64,000 bases of DNA from Amoebophrya sp. A120 (taxonomy: Eukaryota; Protista; Dinoflagellata): the NCBI GenBank assembly GCA_905178155.1, contig CAJINV010000003.1:8043237-8107236 (forward strand). The letters are read 5' to 3'. Position numbers and translations under genes: made by a program. The notes under the pieces were generated by a model that did not search any database, was not told where the DNA came from, and was given only the letters and a program-made list of their open reading frames with translations. Of the stretch, positions 26,478 to 39,500 are shown piece by piece (position 1 is the stretch's first letter; every line of letters starts with the position of its first letter).

Positions 26478-26975
26478 AATGCAACAAGGTCAACGGCAAA
26501 ATGGAAGGGCACGCTCTTGCGATGAAATCGTCTTTCGAGATGACAATCTACTACGCAGAACTTGTGTTGTGCTGAAGTACGGAGAAACAGCAAAAAAACA
26601 GATCACTTCGTGGCGCTCTTGCAATGAGCTATCCTCATGTCGCGCCCTGGAAGTTGTGCTGTTGTTCATCGTCTTTACGTATGTCCGTGCAATAAAGCCG
26701 GGAGGAGGTGGGCGTTAGTTTCTGCTCCAATCTATACACTGAGTGCACCGAAGATGAATGTTGTACTAAGTATATCTGAGTGAGGAGTGAGCATCACTTT
26801 GCAGAGGACTGTGTGATGAAGTGTCGCGGCAGCTTGTGTTGTGTTGTGTTTCTTGTGGTTTCCTTGGACGTAGTCGGTGTCCCGTGTCCGGTTCGCTGTA
26901 CTAGAATTGTGTCTACGAGGAGCGCGATCGTGCGTTTGCTTGCACAGAGAACGCAACGTCTACAAGATCAAGATC

Positions 26976-27874
26976 ATGCCTGCCACTGCTGCTCGAGTGG
27001 TCGCGTCCGACCACGACCGGGTGCGGGCCATTACCAGCGCTGCGGCTGCGAAAGCCGAAGAGGTCCGCATGAAGCAGGAACTGATGGCAACGCTGCAGCA
27101 GGACGCAGGAAGGACAGCAGATGGGAAGGTGTTGCAGCTGTCTCTCATGACGAAGCACCTAGAAGAAGAACAACGAAGCACCATGAGAGCGCACGCTCGG
27201 ACCAGCACTGGTCCCGTCTCTACGTCGAGTTACGCAAGCGAACGGAGCCTCGATGCTCTGCTGTCGGAAATGGAGCGGGCAGCGGAGGGTAGGCCCCCCA
27301 AACAGTACATCGTCGAGGGGTGTGCACAGCTGTTTGGCCAGACCGAGGGCGACAAGAGAGTCGATCACTCGAGTGCCGGGGTCACGTCACGGCGAGACAT
27401 GTGCCTGGAGCTTGCACTGATCGGAAAGCTACAATCGCCAATTGCGTAAGTAGTACTACAAGAGACTGCTCAACAGCGTTTGGAAAAAGCAAACTATAAC
27501 TGGATGAAAAGCTCCCGTTCTTGTTCTCCGTTCGCCAACCCGGTCCGCTCGTAGCGCTAGGCGCCAGTGCGCACAGTAAGCAAGTGAGTCGCGCCGTGGC
27601 CGTCCCCGGGGGGCGTTCTCTGGCCTTACTTTGCAATCAACTCCACGTAGCAGGAACGAACAGCGGAAGAAGAGAGCTGCTAGCATCGCAGGCAGAAAAG
27701 TATCAACGCCAGCTACAAGAACAGCTCCAGGGGGCTCCCGCATTCTTCCTCCTCCTCGTCGTCGACCCTTTGTCGTTCCCGGCAAGTCCGCAATCGCCAC
27801 ACTCGTGCAGTCGAGTTCGACGTGTCGGCCTTTTCGTCTTCGGCCTTCTCAGCAAAAGCACGAAGTGGCCCTAG
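26976..27874 (+). CDS. Hypothetical protein, possibly a truncated paralog of the 28.7-kb ORF
   Basis: ORF MPATAARV..., a GTAAGT donor near 27446, then a segment RRELLASQAEKYQRQLQ similar to RRELAAKAEKYQHKLQ at about 29020. Confidence 0.45.
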
Positions 27875-28665
27875 TTTTGAATGTCTCGAAAAATAATAAA
27901 CGCTCCCGAGCTGCCCGGTGCAAGAAAAAGAATCGTTCGCGTAGTGCCGTCTATCTTCTGATTCAAAGGTGGAGTTGGACGTATATCCACCATGAACCGC
28001 CGCTCTCGACGCCAGTAGATGTTCGGGTTTATTGATCTTCAACCGACATCATTGTTTGAATTCAGTATCCATGGACGTCTCAAAATGTTGGCAGGAGCGA
28101 ACACAAGAGCTGCTTTGTTTACTTCTGCGACATAGTTAGCTGAGCGAGAGAGAACAACATTTGCGTTGTTTGAGGCCATTACTCTTGACAGTGTGCTGGT
28201 TTCATAGATGTCTTGATTGACGAAGAAAAGGCGCAGCAAGAAATTTTGGAAATTGAAGTCAAAAGAGCATTCTGATTCTCTGTATTTATGCCCGCCGCGC
28301 CTTGCGCCCACAGGTTCATGTACTTATCTGCAGGCGAAGCTAAAAATAGGAGCCGCAGATCATGATCGACCTGTATCTATTCGGCAAACCAGTATGGGGT
28401 GTATTTACATGTAGGCTGATGCCGGTGTTTACCGCGCTAGTGAAGCCGTTCAGCTCCACACAGAACAGAAAAATAGAAATACGGAACTAACTTCGCACTC
28501 TCCTCTTTCTTTTCTGCTTTCGCCATGCTTCTGCGTGCTCTTTTTTCGACCTCGAAATTGGATGCAAGAATACAAGATAGCGGCTTCATCTACAGTCTGT
28601 ATCTTAGCATGATATATTGAGTTTGCTCGTGTGACAACTGTGCCTCTACAAAGAAAAGTTTAAGT

Positions 28666-29514
28666 TTGTTCGGACAAGAACAAGTGATGGAGGAGGCGAA
28701 GAACGATGGCCCCTCTGGGCCGCCTCGACCATCAGACAACGCCGCGCGCCTTCTTCCCCCGAGCAAATGGGTCGACGTCGGTGCTCTAAAAAATACCAGA
28801 CACCCTTGGTATGGCTACCAACAAAAGAGGCGGGAGAACGGAAAAATGAAGTGGTGGAGGATGGCGCCGAAAACGCTGGAGAGTTGTGAAAAAGAAGGAA
28901 AGAGCACATGTTCAGGCGTCGTTGCCATTGATTCGCGGCACGCAGCGCCGCTCGCTGTTCCGGAATCTGCGGAAAAAGCCAACTTTCTGCGGAACCACCT
29001 CCATGCCGAAAACAATCGGGAGCGAAGAGAACTAGCTGCGAAGGCAGAAAAGTACCAGCACAAGCTGCAGTTGCAGAATTGCAGGGCTTCCGCATCATCA
29101 TCGTCGTCGTCTTCATCTTCCTTTTCCTCATCGTCGACGAGCAGGCGACCCCTGCAAGTCTCTGCCCATTCCCACACCCTTGAAGACGCAGCCGACTCGT
29201 CGACAGTTTCTTCTTCGGCCTTCTCAGCAAAAACACCAAGCGGCGAAAAGCCACCGCTGTGGGCGATCGAGGACGGGTTGAAGTCATCTGCTGCTTGCGT
29301 CCAGCGCACAGCAAATGCGATGTCAAGCGCGGCGCTCTCGGCGGAAGATCTCGTGCTGCCGCCGAATGTGCCAGCACCGACGAGCAATGACATCCCGGAT
29401 GACGTTCATTGCATCGAGCTCATCGAAATAGTATGCCGTGTCAAGAAGTTTCTTTCCTCGCCACAGTTGCTGCCATCGGACAACCGGAATGAAAATGGCA
29501 GGATCTATGTGTAA
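28666..29514 (+). CDS. Hypothetical Ser-rich protein exon, possibly the 5' part of the downstream multi-exon gene
   Basis: 282-codon open frame; paralogous to 27620-27870. Confidence 0.5.
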   Translation: MFGQEQVMEEAKNDGPSGPPRPSDNAARLLPPSKWVDVGALKNTRHPWYGYQQKRRENGKMKWWRMAPKTLESCEKEGKSTCSGVVAIDSRHAAPLAVPESAEKANFLRNHLHAENNRERRELAAKAEKYQHKLQLQNCRASASSSSSSSSSFSSSSTSRRPLQVSAHSHTLEDAADSSTVSSSAFSAKTPSGEKPPLWAIEDGLKSSAACVQRTANAMSSAALSAEDLVLPPNVPAPTSNDIPDDVHCIELIEIVCRVKKFLSSPQLLPSDNRNENGRIYV

Positions 29515-30052
29515 TTTTATGTGCCCCCCATTCAAGGTTGAACTTGCGTGGCAACTCAGTTTGGGCTGACCACTTGTACTCGTATGGCTTTCATCGCTCT
29601 TTTTTTTGTAAGTGTAGATCGTTGAATGCAGTGTGCAGAGCGTAAAAGAACAAGTCGATGGAAAGAAAAGGACTGCACTGGGATAAGTGAGTCAAGACAT
29701 CGATCTAGAAACCCACCTCTTGCCTCCTAAATTTGTCGCGAAACTTCACAAGCCGCACAGGTCCCACAAGGGGTTGCTGAAATCGCTGAAATGGTACAGA
29801 GGCAGTCACAGTGCGACACAGACATTTGCGAACGTCTGCAATCCATCCGGTAAGTATCACTTTCGTGTGTCTTGCATTTTTAGAGGATTTTTTTTTGGTC
29901 GTTGCTCATGCTGTTATAGGAGAATATGAATAAAGCGAACACCCGAACATTGAAAGAACGTTGGGTGAATTTCTTGGAGCCCATCTATGAGCACGAAAAA
30001 CATTCCCACGCACAATACCGATACGTAATTTCTTTGAAAACAGCAACGAACG

Positions 30053-33000
30053 TTGGTCCTTTTTCATAATAAAACAGCACACAACTCGCCAGAATCGCCA
30101 TGGTTGTGCAGAAGTTTTTCCGAGATACGCAATTACTTCGATCGAGAACGAGATCTGCTTGCTGCGGCTGCCCGTGCAAATTCAGGGGAGAGCGAACTAT
30201 CGCGCGAGGATATTTTGTTCAACGAGATTTTTACCTATTTCAAAGAGCGGGCCGTCTTGGTGTGGTTGTTACGACGAATTCGAGATGCAGAGCAGGGCAG
30301 CGCCAGAAACAGTAACGCTGCTGCGGATAACGTGGATGCAAATCTTCAGTCGACAAGCTCTAGTACAAGGACACTGCTCGAGAACAGCCACGCCATGCGA
30401 CTGCTGGGCAAAAAAGGAGCAGAACGCTTAGAGAAGCAACGCGTACCAGCTCGTTTGGCGGCACTGGATTCGGAGATCAATACTGGAAGCACCAGAAGCA
30501 ACCATCACAACAATGCACAAGTTACCTGCGCTGCCGAACCGCAACCAGCAGCGGGAGCAGGTTTTGCACAAGTAAAGAAACAACAAGAGCCGGACTCGCC
30601 AGGAGTAGTAGACAACCGCTCCAAGATCATGATCAAGAGAGAACAGGAAAACCCTGGCAACAACCCATCCGCGTCGCTGTCCAGGCAGGGCGGTTCCAGT
30701 CAGCACCAGCCAGCAGCGAATTCTTTTTCTGATTTTGAAAAAAGCGGAAAAACTAGCATCAAGCAAGAGGAAAGATCATTGGCGTCACCGATGGTTAGCG
30801 AAACTCCTATTTTGAAAGCTGAGTCTCCTGGTTCTCCCGACGGGCAATTCAAGGCAGAAGTGCCTCCTCCTGAAAACGTGACGAGTGAAAGATCCATCAA
30901 GCGGGACCCAGAGCTGATCACCACGAGTTCGGGCGGAGAGCGAGAGAACTGCGCTCCCACGATCCGAATCAAGTGCGAGCCCACCTCACCCGGGGCCGCT
31001 GATCGTCGCCGCAGCCGGGTCAACTGCGAGCCTGAATGCACGAGCAGACGCGATCCCGTGCGCATTAAGAAAGAGCCCACTGCACCAACGTCGCCGGAAT
31101 CACCCCGGTTTCGGGTCAAGCAAAGTCTCATCTTCCAAAATAATTGCAAGGAGGCGGGAACATTGCGCATCAAGAAGGAGCAGCACTCGCCTTCCACTAA
31201 AACGCAGTCGAAACGTATCGGCTTTTTGGGGCGTCCACTGCAACAAGTGAAGCGGGAGGCTGCACCCGTTTCCGTGAATAGGTCTGCAAACAAAGCGACA
31301 TGCGAAACACAACAAAACGGAGGTGGGCATTTGGTTGGTGACGAGAAAAGCAAAAAGAAGCAATCCCAATCGGATTCGTCGCTTCCCTCCTGCGCGACCG
31401 CAGCAAAGCGTGAACGTCCACTGGAAACCGAGCACGAAGATACCAGCAGCGATGATGGCGCTTCAACTTTTCTTCCAGCGAGGGTACTAGAAGGGAGAAA
31501 GATCATATCTTGCCGTCAGCTGAGCAACATGGCTGAGCCAAGAGCCCGCAACTTGTCCACGGTAGCAGAGAAGGCCCAAGAAAAACAAGCCGATCAGCGG
31601 CTCACCTCCTGCATCCAAGACACCACCCACCCACCCGCCAAGATCTTGCTGAAAAGCGAAAACTATCCAGACGTGAGCGGATGGTATTTCCTGACGCATA
31701 CCGTGACGCAGGTCGGGGGCCTGATCTACCCGATGTACAAATCGGATCTTGCCACTGGCAAGCCGGTTTTCACGTTCGGCGCAACGCAAACCGGACGTGA
31801 CGACGTAACCGGAGTGGACCTGGTGCAGTGGGGGATATGTGGGCCACTCGGCACGAAAACGCTCTATCCAAGGAGACCGGACCTCTTGTCCAAGAAGTTG
31901 AAAGATCATCAGAACAAGCATGCAGACAAGCACAAAAAACAAAAAGTTCAGCGCCGGCGCCGAGAGTTGCACGCTCCCGGCGACAACAATTCCTTTTTCG
32001 GTGGACGTGACGGAAAAAAATAAGCCACGCACAAGCTGTATCTATGTATGATTAGCGCTTTTGGATAAGTTGGTTTGTCTCCTGGATAATCTAGAGGGCC
32101 GCTGTAATGCGCGGGCCGGGTCCGTGTCGCCCGCTCATCTTGCCACAATGGCGTGGACTTGGTCTATAAAAGAAGACAGCCAGGTAGTGACCGACACCTA
32201 CGCATGTGTCGTGGACGTTTCGTTTCCCACTGCTCTCGACATTTCAACGTTTCGCATTTTTGATCACCCCAAACCGACGGTCATCGCTCCGGGACATCAA
32301 GGAAAAATGGAAATTCCACCGGCGGTTGCGGATCAAGGAATTGGCATGCCGAAGGGACTTTTGTCAGCGTTTCTGAAGAAACAAGGCAAGTGACTTTTCG
32401 TGCGTTTTTTTGGTGCTTGTGATCTATCTTGATGATAGTTAAGAGAAGGGCTTGCGCATCGTTTGCAAAATCAAAGGGAAATGCATATCACCAGGTGCCT
32501 GCTGCCGCAGATTTTTCGAAGAGGCGTACCAGAAGCGTTTTCATCGCGCAAAGCCGGCAGTGACCACAGGCGCTTCCTGCTGCCTCTGCTGCGCATTCTT
32601 TCGGAGCACGAAAGCGAAAACTGCGGCGCAGGGCGATCTGCACCGTGCCTGCTTCGGAAATTCCGGAAAGATGCCCCAGGGTATGCACTGCTACAATTTC
32701 TTGGATGAGGAAGAGGTAGAGGCTGCTGAGAATTTTCTGGACGCCGAGTACACGAGAATGCGGCTGCAGAATGGCGTTGAAGCAGGTGAACAGGACAAGA
32801 AGTCCGCCACTACCAAGCTGTCGGTGTACCAAGTGTTTTTGGCGAGTCTGGAGTACGAGGAGCACTGTCTTGGCGAACTGCAGGAGAACGTTGTGCATGT
32901 AGCTGACTCGAACTCAAAGCACTGCTCGACAACAAGTAGCAAAGGGTTTCCAGTGCCTTTCAAGCTCGAACCAGCCTTCTTACCATATCCAGACTGAAAG

Positions 33001-34474
33001 TGATCGTTTGCCTTTGCCAGCGTAGACAACTGTTCCACGAGAAAACTGCGTGTATTGTCAGCCCCCATCATGTGGAAAAATAGAAGATGCGCTTCCACTT
33101 GGAAGAATCGCTGCGCTCTCATTACTGTTTGAGCTGCTGTTGTAAGTAACGCCTCGTGAGAAGACAGAGTGTGGGTACTTGACAAGTTGCGACGCGTTGA
33201 CAAGCGCGGTAGGATATTTTCCAAGTTCCATACTATTGGTTGCGGATCTGGAGCGGCCTTCCCGCCAACGCTTGGCGCTCTGCGGAGAGCGTTCGAGAAG
33301 GACTTGGGAAAACGGTACGCGCGGAGCAGGGAGTGCTCATCCGGTAAATGAGGTGGTGATCCAGCCAGGGAATCGCTAAGCATATCTTTGCCATACTATT
33401 TCTTTGTGTTGACATGTATGAAAACATAAAACAACCAATAATTTAATGGACTGGACAATGTCGACGAATTTTCATTTTTCAAATGACCAGATTCTTCGCC
33501 GTTCTCCAGCTCCGAAAGTGCCAATAATTCTTCTCCATCCTCGAAGAGCGACAGCGATGTCGCGTGGTCGCCCAGCGTACCGCTGCCGCGACCCCTGCCC
33601 CATGCTATCCCGAACCTTCGCAGTCGCGGCACACACATCCGTCCGGATATGCGGGTATTTTGTGCGCTTTGATGTACGTAGATGTGTTGAACGAGTTTGA
33701 GTCATGATTTCTTCACCAGGTTTGATCAGCTACTTCGCTCTTTGATTGTTTCCACATTTGTTGCCTTTTCGGATTTGCCAAGACAAGTTCGTAGAAGTAG
33801 ATAAAACCGCGAACTCTTGATATTGGTATTGATTACTACACTACATCAGGGAATCACGTACGTTCCCGGCTGGAAGTACATGAAATTGTTCTTGCTCGAG
33901 AAGGCGAGCTCGAAAGATAAGCTTGACGATGAACACGCACAAAGGGGGGTGATAAGCTACGAAGACCAAGACAATGTCTACGTGATGAAGAAGCGAGTGT
34001 TCGGCGCGCGTAAAGTCCCAGTACCGAGAGCGGATCCAGCGGAATACGACTGCTGGCGCGTGCACTTTAAGCACAGCGAAGTGGGAAAGAAGACAAAGCG
34101 GAGGATGAAGAGGTACCTGAGTGGGCTACTTTTCGAGATCTTCGTGCGTCTCGTATTCTGTCACTCTTGTCGTGTTTGCACAAGTGAGTCGACGGATGCG
34201 GATATAAATTTTGTGCCCAGTGTTCGACGTCAACAGCTGCCGTTGCTGATCATCTCTTCGTCGATCTCTGGTTGATGAAGTGCGAATGATCAGGATACCT
34301 CTTTACGAAACTGCACTACCACCAGGTACTTTTTCGTCGCACCAAAGTTGCGGAAGCTTCGTGCTGCAGCTTCAAAAAAAGGACTCCCAGTACCGACCCG
34401 CCGAGATGCAAAGAGAGCAGCACTGCAGGACGCGCAGTGTATTGTGTTGCTGTCGACATCAAGAACAACTTTGA
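30053..34474 (+). CDS. Large multi-exon hypothetical nuclear protein (SUMO-site-rich region, Cys-rich segment, possible AP2-like C-terminal part)
   Basis: Consecutive + strand ORFs (30053-32023, 32061-32393, 32452-32997, 33169-33351, 33817-34275, 34280-34474) separated by T-rich GT-AG-like gaps. Exact exon boundaries not resolved. Confidence 0.45.
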
Positions 34475-35690
34475 ATTTCAAATTAATCATGCAGAACTGA
34501 TTAAAGTTATGCTTATGCGGAACTGATTTTTGATTATGATTTTGTGCACATATCTTTGAGATAGATGTTCCGCTTGAATGTCTGTAATGCCTAGGTGAAA
34601 GCCAGGTAGTAAAGGCAGTCCAGCTCTTGCTTGAGAGATGCCAGCGGTGTCTTTTCCTATTGCGAGACTCTTTCTTTTTTTCTTCGTGGTTGCCATAAAG
34701 TATTCTTTCTGTCGTCACCACTCTGAGGAAAGCAGGAATCTAGTCCATCGGGGGGGAGAGTGGGGCTTGTTCTTTTTTTTTTCCCGTTTGGCCAATGGGC
34801 AGATTACGGCCGGCAAGGCCGGCGGATCTTTTGCCAAGATGAAAACCCCCAAGGACCTTCTTGTTCTTCCTTTTATCGCGCAACCTCCTACAAGATTCTT
34901 TGAGGTGCCAAGATTGGGACCAAAGAATAAAAAAAAAAACTCAAGAGCGCAAAACAGTAAAAGAAAGAAAAACGCGCCACCTTCCAGCACGCGCCGGGCT
35001 GGAAAGGAGAAAACTCATATAAAAGAAAAGAAAAGGCAAGGCTCCAAGCCTAGGCGGTGGCAACTGGCGGCGCAGGGCGTAGCTCCGTGTTTTCCTGTGG
35101 CCCCCGGTGGCGTCGGTATACCTCTCCTTCCGCTCCGGCGGTTTGAGAGTCAGCGCAACCTCTGGTAGCGCTGTGGTTCTTGGATCCGGTTTGACGTCAG
35201 GTTGAGCACATGAGGAGGATTGTTCAGCACTGGCGGCTCTTTGGGGGTTGATCTGCTCACACGGATGAGGTGGTAGTGTAATGCTTATCTGAAGCGCAGC
35301 AGCAGTGAGTTTTCGGATTCACTCATACTGTGCGACTCCCTACGCTTGGTCGTTCACCGCTAAAACGGGTGGTGTTTGGTCTTGCTGTAGCGCCTAAGCT
35401 CTCTCAAGCTTTCGCAAAGGACTTACTCTCAGGATTTATTAGCTGTATATGTCAGACAGTTACTCGCAGGCCATAAGAGGCGAGCAAAGGGTTGAATTTC
35501 AAATTAACGAGTTCGTTGACGGGAGGTACATTCATTGATCGCGATAGTGTCACGCATCGCGTTGGCTAGAGCCCTCCACGAGGGTTTTTCTGTCATACTA
35601 GCGTGAGTGCTGGATATAGGTTTATACAAGCAGGGAAACAAACTGGTGTACAGAGACAGATGAAAAAATAAATGACTCCACCATCGTCCT

Positions 35691-36588
35691 TTGTCAATTC
35701 AAAAGAATAAGAAATACACCACAGTGTTTCGTCGGCTCGCTTTGAATGTTCACGGAGCAGAGCAGCCAGGGAAGAAGGTACAAGCTAAGAAGTCCAATAC
35801 CGGAGTGCCCGGGGTCACCCAGTTGTCGACGAAACAAAAATCCAAATACAATCGAGGAGCAATCATGGGAAAGATCGTTCGGTTGAACAAGCGTATCCTC
35901 AAAAAGTACAAGGTGAACATGAACGCCAAGAGACCAAGCAAGCAGTGGAAAAAGCAGCGAAAATGTAGACGGAAAGCGCAGAGAGCAGGACTAATTCAGG
36001 TAAGGTTAAAGGTTGGTTAACGTTATAGTGTATGGTTATGATTATGAAGAAAACCAAAACACATAAAGATTAAGATGCTTGCTACAGTATATATAGCGAA
36101 GGTTGACTCACTCAGTAGTCAAAACCGCTCGTCGTGCCCCGTCTCCACGCATACGTGGTCCATCACATGGAATGTGATGTATACATAGAAAAAACGTAAA
36201 GTTCATGGCACGGTGGAGAAAGGCGAAAATCTTGCGCGTCGACCACCCGGGTCGCCAGATGCGAATCGAGCGCCACATCAAGAAGACCACGACCGATCCG
36301 CTCCACAAGAAAATCGCGGCCCAGGGAAAGACCTTGTTCGACTTTCGAAAAGTGGCGAAGAAGCTGCTGAAGCCCAGACGCGCAGCTAGCATGAGCAAGA
36401 AATCTGAGCTCTTTGTGCCGAGTACCTACAGCCGCTGTAAGGCGGAGGCTTCCGCTGGATCCACGTCACATCCCCGTCCAGCACATCAGCCCGCGTCGGA
36501 CTCGCGAGAGTTCCGCTTTGTCGGACCATCCCCGAACTTTCCAAGGATACAAAAAACGATAACGGGCAAAACAAATCGAAGACTGTAG
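35691..36588 (+). CDS. Very basic two-exon protein, divergent AP2-like DNA-binding candidate
   Basis: KSNTGVPGV...; CAG|GTAAGG donor at 36000; second exon KFMARWRKAK...; K/R-rich. Confidence 0.4.
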
Positions 36589-39500
36589 GCTCGCTCGGAT
36601 ATCCACTGTAAAAATGAGACTAAAGCTGCTCGGCATATAGAACTTTTTGTGCGTTTTTATTTTTTCCACAAGTTCAAAACTTTTGATATTGAGCCTGGTC
36701 CTAAATCCAAATATACATCGGAAGTTTCGCGATTTCAGGGATAGCGTTAAGAACGCGCCGGGACAATTGAGGGGATGAGACTGCGTTTGTGCTGTATTGC
36801 GTCAATCGCAACAGGTTTCTCTCCAAGAAAAAACCGACTGGAAAAATGATTTTGGAAAGGGCAGCTCCAATGATTAGGGAAAGCAGCTACCAACAATTCT
36901 ACTATTCGGATCATTCATCATGCTTGTTTGTCTTTACGCATGGACACAGATAAGTACTAATTTATTAGCGCTAGTGTTGGAGCTCGACCTAGGGTGATCA
37001 CATGTGAAATGTTACAAACTTGCCCATCGCGATGCTGTGTTTGCCCGTGAAGCTCGTATCTACGCATTCTGCCTCTTTTTCGAGCTAGCACATCGGAGCC
37101 ATCATGGCCCAGAACTTCACAAGCAGAGTCTTCATCGCTTTCCAAATCTGATCACAAGCGCACCGTATTTTGTCTTCAAGAGGCGTGTGCTGGTGCGTCT
37201 CTCTGCTTTATCTCGGAATATTCGTCTCTGCTTTAGATGAGGAGGCGTTTACGTTTTTACACACTTCCCGTCTTGATAGCAACGCCAATCTCTTTGAGAA
37301 GTAGAGTACTCGACCAATGTGAGCAACTGTTTTTGCCGCCATTCCTGTTCTCCTTTATCCAGATGACATACCGTGCCTAAAAAAAACGGAATACGCAGTC
37401 GCAAAAGCTGTAGATAGTTCCGCTATACGGATGATTTTTATGATCGAGAAAAGCGCTCCTGCAATTTTCCAATCATCTACTGCAACATGAATGTTCATGC
37501 CGAATGTTGATCAAGCTCGCTTTCCGAAACTGTTGCAGCCAAGTAAGTACACAAAGCCAAGAAGGGCTCGCAAGAATGATAAATATCACACCACTGGAGG
37601 ACGTTTTTGCGTGTAGATTGGTGCAGCGTATCGCACCTATTTATTTTTGAGTAACTGAATACCCATTCTCATACACCAATACCAAGCGCAGGCCGCGCTT
37701 TGTAGGGTTTCATTTTCTTGATCTTGACTATCGGGTGTGGGCCGGTGCGAACAACAATACAGACTTCAGGTTTTTGCCTTTCATCAAGAGGAAGTAGACG
37801 CGCGTAGTAAATCAATCTCAACTACACTCCGTCTGAGTATTCGTTCCTCTGCAACGAGAAAGTCTGTAGCCATAGGCAAATTCGCCGGCTGCACTCCGAA
37901 AGGTATCTCTGCCGGTGTGAAAGAAGATATATAACTTTGTTATGTAGAACGTTCTCTTTCAGCTTCACTTTCTTTGACTATGGTGAAGGTAGGCTAGGGA
38001 TGTTTTTATTTTTATTTAAACTTGATGTTGAGGTCTTCGTCTTGTACTTGTTCCTCAAAAAGAAGGGACATGATGTACGTGACATTGTCGCAGCCTTTTC
38101 TCGACTCCTCGCTTTACCTCTTGCCACTTGCTGTTAGTCGGCCAGGGCTAGGGAACACCCACGCGCACCATCAAGGGAAATGACATCTCGCACTTATACA
38201 CAAAAAGCTCTTGGCTGTATTAGTGCTCTTGCTACTCATCATCTTTCTTGGGAGGTCTACTAACTTTTGCTCGCCTAGATGTCGGAGATGACACCAATGC
38301 AGCGCAAAGGGAAGGAGCTAGTACTCCTGGCGATGATTCCAGAGCTGGCGAAATCAAGCGAGGGTGAAGTTCATACATAAGCTAATGATCATCCTAAATT
38401 ACTGTAATTTCACTAAAAACTATCACTATCACCTTCTACATAGCAAGTTGGCCCATTGAAGTTTTTCAGTAGATGGATCATGAAGAACAAAACGCAATCA
38501 ACTTTACCACTTAATGGCGTCAACGAGAAAACCAGGCCCCATGCTTGGATCGCAAAACTACCGACATCTCCAACAGCAACAGATATGAGTTTCGGTTTGG
38601 TGTGTGCAGATGGAGAAATTTCTATAGGCGGTACTTACAAAACGGCAAAATGTATGCCGATGTATTCATTATGTTGCAACCCCATATCCATTTATTTTGA
38701 CAAGGCTGAGACGTTTAAGCAAGGCCTCATTTTTATTCTCTCTTGCTATTAATGCCCTCTTGTTTTTCTTTTTGGTTAAGTGTATGTTCGTTTGAAAAGG
38801 TAGTTGGTCCTTAGCCTTTACCAAATGCTAAGGACCAACCCTTTGGTGACCGAAGTTGATGTAGTATACGATCTGCAGCAATTATTGCCCCGGTGACAAT
38901 TCTCGTCCAATCGCTTGCCTTTGCTTTCCCTCCAAATCTGAATAGAAATTTCGTTGACAAGTAGAAAAACCGCATCTCGTGCTTGTCGCTTTGGTCTGGC
39001 GCTCAGGTTATTGGCCGTTTCGAATAATGATAGTCGGCAACTACTGACAAACAGCAGATTAGATATTCCGTGAAAAAGGAACTTGCTCACCTGAAGAAGC
39101 GAGCACGCACTTGATTCTTTACAGTGCCTCGGTTATGATTAGCTACTTGTACTTCGATTGTCAGAAAATCTTCAAATATTGGACGAGAACGGAGCAGACC
39201 GTGTTAGCAAGCTGAATGAAGGAATCTGCGTAAAGCAGATGAAGGATGACCTCTCAAGCACAATTCACCGACTTTTTTTTAAAGGTTCATTCTCTAGCGA
39301 TTTCGGAGCAGCAGAATCAATCCAGCTTTGGCTCGCTCAGTCTTAGCTCGTTGTCTCGCGATGTGATCTTGGTCGGGATGTGTCGGGTTGTAGACTTTGA
39401 CAACACGACTGCGAAATCCAAAATTGCACTACGCGGGTAAGCGCCGCCGCGCGCAAAAGAAATGATTGAGTCACTTGCTCTGCGTCAGCTTGGTTTTCAT

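Noticed and set aside
38803-38839. 13-bp perfect hairpin GTTGGTCCTTAGC/GCTAAGGACCAAC
   Set aside because: Isolated; no U-tract, TSD or recognisable RNA family, so no function can be supported.
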